Shown here piece after piece: positions 26,882 through 36,134 of a stretch of 40,052 bases of DNA. The stretch is from positions 139,006,524-139,046,575 of the forward strand of contig NC_068983.1 in NCBI RefSeq assembly GCF_001194135.2, written 5' to 3'. The notes beneath the pieces were generated by a model, which was not told the DNA's origin, did not search any database, and saw nothing but the letters and a program-made list of their open reading frames with translations. Source of the stretch: Octopus bimaculoides (Eukaryota). Positions within the stretch are counted from its first letter, which is position 1. Each line of letters starts with the position of its first letter. The translations under genes and the position numbers were made by a program.

Positions 26882-27753
26882 TACAAATAAATATGACGCA
26901 CACGACTTTGATGATATGGTGTACGATAAAACAAAAACAAAATTATAATGAAAATAATTCGAGTGATCTTTATCTGAACATTTCCTTGTGCCGTAAATAA
27001 TATTCCATTTACATGAAAAACATGTCAGTCGAAGATTCGATGTATTAGTAATAAATATTTTGGAATATTCTGTTTTATATTACATCTTATAGTATATTCT
27101 GATGTTTGAATATTCTGCTTATATTATATTTTTGCTATTTTTGTTTTATAAAGAAATGGTCATTAAGACGATGAAATCAGTGAAATGAACAGGCCGAGTA
27201 CAAATAGACTCTGATACTCTGAAAATGTCTGGTTACGAAGAAAATGTCTAAACCAACTATACAGTCAGTAAACTGATACAGATGTTATTCGTAATAACTG
27301 ACAGAATATTATCTTCACCAACTGCTACAAGTGCAAAGCTTATGCTCTAGAAAAATAGTATCTGTAGAAATCAAGTGTTTGTTTTGCCTAAACGAGTAGA
27401 TATTATATGCAATACAGTTTACGGTTCTCTCAGTAATACAAAATTACGAGTGACGTTCTCTTCCTTGTGAAACCACTAGAGGAATATAGGTAGCCACTAT
27501 ATCTTAAAAGGCCTTCGCGAAAGGCACATGCTCTGTTGAGGGCTAAGGTGTGAGCATCACACTTATTTCATTTCATCATGAAAATGAAATAACTTCCCTG
27601 CAATTATTGGTTTCTTTTCTTGAAACCTAAATATGAATATATTCATATATGTTATACTGACATTTTATTACATCTTATTACATCATTCCTATTGTAAAAC
27701 AAGTTTTCTGACCGTTCCATTTGATAATCAAAATAATTTTGATTAGGTCTTAC

Positions 27754-27965
27754 CTCCGATTTAACAACTTCTCCGCAAGGCCGCAAGAAACAAATCCTGG
27801 TTTGTTGTACATCTTCACATTCTAGATTGTCGTTGTTCATGCGAACTGACATACCGACACCGCAACTGGCAGAACAAGCTGACCATTCTGATTTTACAAT
27901 TGCACAAGGTGGACGGATGGGAGATGTTGTAGTTAATGGTAGCTGCGTCAATGTTGAAGGTTTGG
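27754..27965 (-). CDS. CCN: CCN-family protein, hinge + thrombospondin type-1 (TSP1) exon
   Basis: Acceptor cattttattttgcAG|CC (phase 1) and donor GAG|GTAAGA (phase 0); 212 nt. Translation: xKPSTLTQLPLTTTSPIRPPCAIVKSEWSACSASCGVGMSVRMNNDNLECEDVQQTRICFLRPCGEVVKSE. It matches the CCN TSP1 pattern (EWSACSxxCGxGxSxRxxNDNxxC...RxCxxRPC). Splicing to the CT exon is in frame (KSE|KHKKC, cf. CTGF NIK|KGKKC). Confidence 0.95.
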
Positions 27966-28058
27966 CTGCAAAATAAAATGAGGAGGAAAGATGACAGTTA
28001 AATTTATAATAATAATAATGATGATGATGATGATGATGATAATAATAATAATAATAAT

Positions 28059-28182
28059 AAGTTTAACAAAATAACACCGGGGAAGTTTAACAAATAACAC
28101 CGGGGAAGTTTAACGAAATAACACCGGGGAAGTTTAATAATAACACCGGGGAAGTTTAACGAAATAACACCGGGGAAGTTTA
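28059..28182 (+). repeat. 22-24 bp minisatellite (AAGTTTAACGAAATAACACCGGGG), at least 5 copies, running into a gap
   Basis: Units of 24, 23, 24, 22 and 24 bp plus a partial unit, read directly. Confidence 0.95.
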
Positions 28183-28996
28183 NNNNNNNNNNNNNNNNNN
28201 NNNNNNNNNNNNNNNNNNNNNNNNNNNNNNNNNNNNNNNNNNNNNNNNNNNNNNNNNNNNNNNNNNNNNNNNNNNNNNNNNNNNNNNNNNNNNNNNNNNN
28301 NNNNNNNNNNNNNNNNNNNNNNNNNNNNNNNNNNNNNNNNNNNNNNNNNNNNNNNNNNNNNNNNNNNNNNNNNNNNNNNNNNNNNNNNNNNNNNNNNNNN
28401 NNNNNNNNNNNNNNNNNNNNNNNNNNNNNNNNNNNNNNNNNNNNNNNNNNNNNNNNNNNNNNNNNNNNNNNNNNNNNNNNNNNNNNNNNNNNNNNNNNNN
28501 NNNNNNNNNNNNNNNNNNNNNNNNNNNNNNNNNNNNNNNNNNNNNNNNNNNNNNNNNNNNNNNNNNNNNNNNNNNNNNNNNNNNNNNNNNNNNNNNNNNN
28601 NNNNNNNNNNNNNNNNNNNNNNNNNNNNNNNNNNNNNNNNNNNNNNNNNNNNNNNNNNNNNNNNNNNNNNNNNNNNNNNNNNNNNNNNNNNNNNNNNNNN
28701 NNNNNNNNNNNNNNNNNNNNNNNNNNNNNNNNNNNNNNNNNNNNNNNNNNNNNNNNNNNNNNNNNNNNNNNNNNNNNNNNNNNNNNNNNNNNNNNNNNNN
28801 NNNNNNNNNNNNNNNNNNNNNNNNNNNNNNNNNNNNNNNNNNNNNNNNNNNNNNNNNNNNNNNNNNNNNNNNNNNNNNNNNNNNNNNNNNNNNNNNNNNN
28901 NNNNNNNNNNNNNNNNNNNNNNNNNNNNNNNNNNNNNNNNNNNNNNNNNNNNNNNNNNNNNNNNNNNNNNNNNNNNNNNNNNNNNNNNNNNNNNNN

Positions 28997-29219
28997 GGTA
29001 TAATAAAAAAATATTCAGACAAATACATAACAAAAACACCAGGACTTACAAATATATATAACATACAGAAAATTGCACTACTGGGTACTGCACACATTCT
29101 ACGCAAAACACTTTCAATACAGTAAACATAAGAGCACCACAGCAAACCACAGCACATACCCAAGGCGCACAGAGCTGCGCTCGGTAGTGAAGTGAAAGCA
29201 CGTTATAAAAATAAAACTA

Positions 29220-29224
<5 letters not shown>
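28997..29224 (+). mobile_element. R4/Dong-like retroelement 3' end, same subfamily as 13242-13710
   Basis: GIIKKYSDKYITKTPGLTNIYNIQKIALLGTAHILRKTLSIQ* plus 3' UTR. I count 11 differences in 228 nt versus the reverse complement of 13242-13469. It is followed directly by a long (AAT)n. Confidence 0.88.
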
Positions 29225-29298
<74 letters not shown>

Positions 29299-29355
29299 GT
29301 GACGATGAAAAAGATGATGATGATTACGAGGACGACGACGACGATGGCGACTACG
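29222..29355. repeat. (AAT)n(GAT)n(GAC)n microsatellite
   Basis: Directly visible. Confidence 0.95.
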
Positions 29356-31586
29356 ACTATCATACTGAGGCAAAAAGTCTCGAATATGGCGGAGATGCGT
29401 TTTCGATCATACTGACTCAAACATTTGGCCAGTAGCCGGAGGCATTTATTGAAGTTCGGACTTTAAATATAAAAAAATATACCTAACAATTTTCCTTACT
29501 TTAATCCTTTACCAAGGAATATACAACCGTAAACAGAACGCGGACAGTTACGAATAGTCGTTTTGCGTCTGAAGATGCACTATTTCAAGTAAAAACACAG
29601 TGATATCTGTATCCACCGAGGACAAAAAAGAAAACAAGTTATGCCAGTTGAGAGAAATAAATGTGTATTTCTAAAGAAGCTGTATCTAGGCTGTAATAAA
29701 TGCTTCAACTTACAGCCATACATTTCATTGGACACACAAAAACAGACATGGGCACAATTCACTGAATGAGGGTTAGCTAATAAAAATATTCTACCGCAAG
29801 ATTAACACTAAAATATGCAAGAATAGCTGATTTGGGTTAATGATGTTATAAATTGAGGTTTTAAGAGGGATCGTTGCAGATTGTTTGGAATGTTACAGGT
29901 ATTGGAATTCATGATCGTAATGTTAAAAATAGCAATAAGTGATAATAATGTTACGTTAATGTATTACAATAACAATAACTATGATAATAGTGTAGACACT
30001 ACCGTTTCTGATAATTGTATTTATTTAGTGATATCAAATCTAGCTTCGACTCAGCTGCTGTAATATGGCAATATTCCAAAGCAGCTGAAGAAAAAGAATC
30101 CTATGATACATGCATTAACAGGTGGCTAAATTTCTTAGAACACTCTTAAGTGACTCTACGACCTGTAGGCATACGTTTAAGAGACATTATCTTAAAGACC
30201 AATGATAAATCACATTACGATATCCATTTTTATTACTCAGTTAAACAATTTTGTGTAAATTGGGATAGTCATGACAATAGAATATTCGAGTTTAAATAAA
30301 TAATGTACCGTTATAAAAGATAGAAGTTACCAGTGTACAATAACTAGAAGAGTATAATACAGTACAGAAGAAGTATTCTACGTAACAAAAGAAAACGTAA
30401 AATAACACTACGACACAATACAAAGTTGCAAACAAAAAATTTAAGTACCATCTGATTAAAAATGATGTAAAGCAATGCACAAACAAGGCAGCAAAAAAAA
30501 ATTTGGAATGGTTTAAACACAACCAAACATCTCCTTTAAATAATAGATATAAGAACGTTTAGTATGCAGGGAAATGGTACGCTCAAAGTACATACTTGAA
30601 AATAATCTGAAAAGTACAAAGCTGTTGTAAAGATATCCGTTAACAACTTAGAAACTGATGTCCATTAAAGAAACATTAGAAACATTTAGAAAACCAATGA
30701 CTAAACGAAATTATAACTGGATATAGTTGTAGAAATTGTAGAAGCCTCGACTTCAGGTCTGCTTTGATTTTCAGGAAATGGAAAATTGTTGATAATGGTA
30801 ACATTCATAACATGTAGAGCCTACTCTTTGATATATGCCAGTGCTAGCCTATAGCCGTACTTCCTTAAATCTTCTGCAGGGTGCAAATACCAAATACCGA
30901 GACGCTTCCTCATCGGCAAGACAATAATGATTCTGAAGAAAAAAACACCAGTTTACTCAAACTATTATTTCCATTTACTTGCCTACCGATAAAATATAAA
31001 ATGCTTTCCAAAATACAATTGATGAAAATGATTGAACTCCCACAAAATGTACAATGTATTTTAATGTACCATCTCGTACAAGAGGAAGATGTTATCTGCC
31101 TGAATGGATTACTGGAAGGCACTTAATTATATTCCATAAGACTCTGTTAATCATATGCTGTAAGTGCATCATTTTCACGATACTTCGTAAATTTTGATCG
31201 AAATATAGCAGGTATCTATGTCAGAATTTCACTGAAATAGAAGCTCCGGTTTTCCTTTTATCCTGTGCATGCTAGAAATAAGCTGGCTAAGAAACATGTT
31301 AAATTCCGATACTGCATGTGGAAGGGCATTAACAGACTTAGCCACCTTTTTTAAGTGATACCAAATATTCAGTCATGCCACAATTTTCAAGAATTTCGAC
31401 ATGAACATTAGTGTATCATTTGAACTGAAAAATATTGTTGTCTGACCATAAAAGGACGAAGATTGACAATTCGAACAGGTGATTTGTAACTTCGGAAAGT
31501 GTTCATAACAAAAGGTCTGGCGAATTCCTCATTTGACATTTTTAAATATGGCCAAGCAAGAAAGATGAGTGAATACTGACAGTCAG

Positions 31587-31637
<51 letters not shown>

Positions 31638-31919
31638 CACACATGCACACACATACAGAATGAAAGCAAACAATTTCTCAAAAGCAATCGACCACAACAG
31701 ACTACCCAGAATCAGCAAAGGCATGTAATTCCTGAAGAATAAATCCAACAAAACTCTTGTACACCGAGGCACATCTCGATCCATTAAAAAATATATATCG
31801 CTCTGAAATTCGAGAAAGTGCGATGTAAGGAGGCAGTATGAAATTGAAAATATCATCAATAATTATTTGAGCACTAGGTATAATGAAGCGAAATTAAGTA
31901 ATAAACATAAAAATTTGCT

Positions 31920-32866
31920 TGGCTCACACCTCTCTTTCCAATCAAAAGAAATACTTGTCTCATCAAACAACCTATGCAAAAGAGTATCGGTGAATAGTGA
32001 TAATCAGACAACACAAAGTTTGAAATAGATAAATATGCAGTACTTGTATATGAAGAAGGAAAATATTCAAATCAGTAGAGATTAAAATTTCAGATGAGTC
32101 ATCAATCCGAGCAACGAATGAAGGTGGGAATTACAAGTACAAGGGGTACTGGAAGCATATAGACTTCTCTGTCAAGAAATGAAAGAGAATGTGAGAAATA
32201 AATGTCCGAGGAACGTGAAAAGGGGGTGTTAATCTCAAAGTTGAATGAAAGGGAAAGTATCTCTGTAATAACCACTTGGTCGATCTCTCTAATACAATAT
32301 ACTGATGTTTTCCTGAACTGAACTAAGGAAGAACTAAGAAGTATAGACTGTAAAACCAGAAAGACAATCTCCATATACAGTCGCTACACCCCACGGACAG
32401 TGTCGATAGGGCATACCTACCACGGAAGGAGCAAAGAGACAACTGACACCAAAAGATGGTGTAGATACAGCAAAACGTGATATAGGTTAATGTAAGAAGC
32501 GATTCAGGTTAATTGATTTCTACTGCTAGAAGAGAGGAGAAAAAAGCCGTGAAGGCAGTAGTGGAATACAAGAAAGGAAAGAAATATCTGGAGAAAATAA
32601 CTACACAGTCAACATCACAGAAACACAGGACGTCGCGGCAGATGATTGTTGGACTCACAATGTCTGTTCAAAGCTAATCATTATGGACGAATATCCTTAA
32701 AACAATAGAGAACGGTGCAATTGCGTTTGTTGCATTCATTCAGGAATGTGCTCTTTGGGGAACAGCCAGGTTTGTAAGAAAGGTCCTCGATATCTAAGGA
32801 AAATGATTGTGACTCTGTATCAAGGACACTAATTTTGAATATAAAAGATTCGTGCACACCCTGAGT
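31920..32866 (+). mobile_element. Old degenerate R4/Dong-like element (RT C-terminal part, internal deletion, REL C-terminus)
   Basis: Frameshifted motifs FEIDKYAVL, NYKY(L)GVLEA, ISKLNERESISVITTW, ELRSIDCKTRK, DRAYLPRKE (cf. RLYLPRxxGGRGL), and finally IQECALWGTARFVRKVLDI*. A short 3' UTR then leads into a GAT/AAC/AAT tract. Confidence 0.72.
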
Positions 32867-32944
32867 GATGACGGGGATGATGATGATGATGATGATGATA
32901 ACAACAACAGCAGCAACAACAATAGCAACAACAACAACAACAAC

Positions 32945-33015
<71 letters not shown>

Positions 33016-33018
33016 TAA
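32867..33018. repeat. (GAT)n(AAC)n(AAT)n compound microsatellite
   Basis: Directly visible. Confidence 0.95.
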
Positions 33019-33195
33019 TACACAGATTTTAGGAAATAAGTATAAAAACTAGTTTTGTTCAGCTTCAAAAAACTGTGTTATTAGGGTCAGTTAGGAAAGT
33101 TCTTGGCATCTAAGGTTACTTGTTGTAGCCGAACGTTAGGAATTTATCTTTTCCAACAGTTTAATCTGTCGTATGTACATGAAATAATGACAATA
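33019..33195 (+). mobile_element. Very short 5'-truncated R4/Dong-like 3' end
   Basis: ISIKTSFVQLQKTVLLGSVRKVLGI* (cf. QKxALLGTAxILRKVL). It starts immediately after (AAT)n and ends in a degenerate aataatgacaataa tail. Confidence 0.62.
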
Positions 33196-34680
33196 AGTGT
33201 AAAAGGAAAAAGAACATGCAAATCTTATAGAAAGAAAAGACTCCTTATCTCCTAAAGACGTCTGCTTTGCACTGGATCCATTAATAATCGCGAGAATGAA
33301 ACCATCAATAGTAATATTTCTTTCAAATACATTACAAACCAGCTTCTTTATACGGATTATGGAAAGGCTTTTACGGTGAACAACACATTCACGAGGATCT
33401 ACTAAACATTGTCCATGAACTCAGATGCGATACGAAAGCAATAACGTGTTAGACAATTGTTCCAAAAAAGAAGCAAATTAATTAATATTGAGAAAATTAA
33501 ATTCCATCCAGCAGCTTAAATTAAGCAATTTAAACAGAAGCCCGTATAGAAATACGTAAGCGTGGAAAAAACTGATAAGATACATCCATTGAAATGCAGA
33601 ATGACAATAACATGTCGTACAGAAGCGGGAGACTAATATTCAAATCTAAACACAATAGCAAATACACCAATAGATATAAATACTAATCACTGTTGTCATA
33701 AGTTTTAATTTCTGCAAAATAAATTGAAAATTAAGCTAGTTGAACAGCCTTAGGTTGGCAATAAATTTATTCAATACGTGTCATAGCAGTTATCGTAGGA
33801 CCAAACTGTATATCAGTCAAATGCATGCTTCTTCAGAACGAGGAAAATACACGGGATAAACAGGTTATACAAGCAGTGATTTATTAGAATGTAATACATA
33901 GATTGTAATAATATGATAATAGTATGATAATACGATATCAAAAACACAGCTTTGCAAAAGTACTGTAATATAGTACAGCACTGAGCTGAAAGCTAAGGAA
34001 TCACATCGAAATAACTCTTGATAAAAAGACACATTGCCGTTATATAAGGAATGGGTCTACAATCCAATTTGCAACAGGCACTACTGCAGTTGTACTCGAT
34101 AATTCCTATTAGACTATTAGCAAGTTTCTTTCGATTGGTGTTGATGTTCTTACACAGCATTTGTTTACTTAGAGCATTCTTCTTAACCTGCAGCATTTTT
34201 CTTAACCCAGATCCCCTTAATACATTTGTCGCGTCTTGTTCATCTTGGGCATTTTCAGCATTTAGAAAATTGTTGTCAATCATGGACATATCTATGCATA
34301 ATTGACAAGATACATCTAATTCTTCTTCCAAAAGAAAGGACAACTGATGTATTTCTTTCTCAAGCTATGAATAATAATAGAGATAAAAACAATAAAACTA
34401 AGTAACAGCCAATGTGAAAAAATAGTTGCAGACGTGCATGAAAAACTAAAAAATTCCACGGAAGTTAAGCATGGCAACGTTCGGATGGCAAACATAAGAC
34501 TTCACTAATAATCAATTTCAAAAAATTGTTCAGATATAAGTATCAAACCATTAATGGAATGTTTTTGTACACCAATATTCTCATCGACTACATCATCGCC
34601 ATATATTTAATCAAGTGTAATGTATATTTAGTAGATTGTTGGGTATAAAATTGATAATACATTATTTATATTCTTTAAAT

Positions 34681-34829
34681 TATTTACACTTGACGGTTAT
34701 TTCTCCTCATCTTGTATGTTGTTAACAGAACGTTTCAGCTTATAAACCCTCCAGACTTCAACAGGTGTTTGGGGGAAATTTCGAACCTGGGTTCTCATTC
34801 CTAAGGTATTTTACCATGTTATTATTATT
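34681..34829 (-). mobile_element. SINE family 4, 3' half only (Penelope-like tail with degenerate hammerhead motif)
   Basis: The reverse complement matches 36167-36295 (aaaataccttaggaatgagaacccaggttcgaaatttcccc...gaaacgtt..gttaacaaca.acaagatg). Confidence 0.8.
34724..34769 (-). ncRNA. Second degenerate minimal hammerhead motif
   Basis: Minus strand: AACAC-[CTGTTGA]-AGTCTG(gagggtttat)AAGCT-[GAAAC]-GTT-CTGTT. The core has A6->U and stem II is decayed. Confidence 0.45.
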
Positions 34830-35365
34830 TTATGTTTGACTTTTAATTTGCATTTGTACAAGTTGGATCCACGTTTCACCCAGAGACCTCAAGAGACAAG
34901 TTAGAAGTTCATGTAGGTGTCATGCCTAGGGTACCATATTTCGATTTGTACAGAGTGTTGTTCTAGAGAATGTTTAAAAAAACCATAAGAAAATTGTTTG
35001 TTTTAAAATTTGAGATCACATAGACAGTATTTTACGTAGGATATGGGCAGTTCCCATGAGCACTATCTTTTGAACTGCAGCCATTTTGGGGGTTTCCTGG
35101 TATCTGAGCTAGGTAGTAATCAGCCCGTTTCGCTGTCATTCCCAGGGCACCTATGACAATAGGTATTGTTTTAGTCTTCAGATTCCACATTTTGCTAATT
35201 TCTATTTCAAGATCTTTATATTTGCTCAGTTTTTGGTAGGTCTTGACAGATACGTTTATATCGATTGGGACAGTCATATCAATGAGGAGGCATGATTTTT
35301 GTCTCAGGGCTTTCATTATGATGTCTGGCCTATTTGCATCTATCTTTCTGTCAGTTTGAATGGTG
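34830..35365 (-). mobile_element. 5'-truncated R4/Dong-like retroelement, second subfamily
   Basis: TIQTDRKIDANRPDIIMKALRQKSCLLIDMTVPIDINVSVKTYQKLSKYKDLEIEISKMWNLKTKTIPIVIGALG...(frameshift)AAVQKIVLMGTAHILRKILSM* (stop 35016-35018). The ~185-nt 3' UTR ends in (TAA)n at 34819-34829. Confidence 0.85.
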
Positions 35366-35900
35366 AGAGCAGGGCATGCCATCAAAGTGACATCGGGGTA
35401 AAATATACGAAGCCCAGTACACCCATCATGACTACCCGTCTGATAAGGGTACACCAGGCACATGCATCACAATCATATGTGCGCGACATGGTGATCTCAT
35501 ATCAAGATAAACAGCGCATGACCTCGCAGGTGGGGGACAGTTAGAATCTTCTTCAGGTCGGATAGCCCATCCCGCTCAAAAGGTCCCTGCATAAGGTTTG
35601 TTTAAGGATGTTGAGCAAAATAGTCATGTTTCCAAATGCGAATTATTCAAACCCAAAGAATTCCTCGCAACACATGGCTATGATACTCCCCCACTACTTC
35701 TGCTCGTGATCAGAGATGCACATATCGTCAGCCACTAAGGGAAATCCTCAACTGGTTAAGGTCAAACAACTAACGAGCAAATATGTGGTATTAAGCAGAA
35801 TATTTGCTGTAGCCCATCTTTTATACCAAGACAAAACAATGTAAATGATAACACTTCCAATCAATAAAGATCAGAAGCCATGAGAGCCACTGCCTGGAAT
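35366..35900. mobile_element. Unclassified ~530-bp non-coding repeat-like segment joined to the truncated R4/Dong 5' junction
   Basis: Homology to the REL domain stops abruptly at about 35365. The segment is visibly more GC-rich than the background and has no recognisable RT/REL coding. It resembles an octopus interspersed repeat from recall only. Confidence 0.4.
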
Positions 35901-35908
35901 ATGCCTAC

Positions 35909-35999
35909 GGGCATATGGCGTAGTGGTTAAGAGCGCAGGCTACTAACCCCAAGATTCCTAGTTCAATTCCAAGCAGTGACCCGAATAATAATAATAATG

Positions 36000-36060
<61 letters not shown>

Positions 36061-36069
36061 CAACAATAA

Positions 36070-36134
<65 letters not shown>

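Larger units (their letters stand above)
7133..27753 (-). other. CCN intron between TSP1 and CT exons (20,621 bp, GT-AG, phase 0)
   Basis: Bounded by the GTAAGA donor and ttttcAG acceptor described above. Frame-compatible, and at the same position as the conserved CCN TSP1/CT intron. Small extra exons hidden in gaps cannot be excluded. Confidence 0.85.
2087..28996. other. Assembly gaps: 2087-2134, 3385-3953, 4683-4692, 6138-6684, 8670-8978, 15809-15818, 20420-20951, 23719-23728, 28183-28996
   Basis: Runs of N, nearly all bordered by simple or tandem repeats. The coordinates given span the first to the last gap. Confidence 1.

Noticed and set aside
28059-28182. CRISPR-like appearance of the 22-24 bp repeat
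   Set aside because: The units are head-to-tail with no unique spacers, the context is eukaryotic, and there are no cas genes.
35909-35983. tRNA gene call for this A/B-box segment (and for 12646-12710)
   Set aside because: I could not form a complete cloverleaf or acceptor stem, and both continue directly into SINE bodies.
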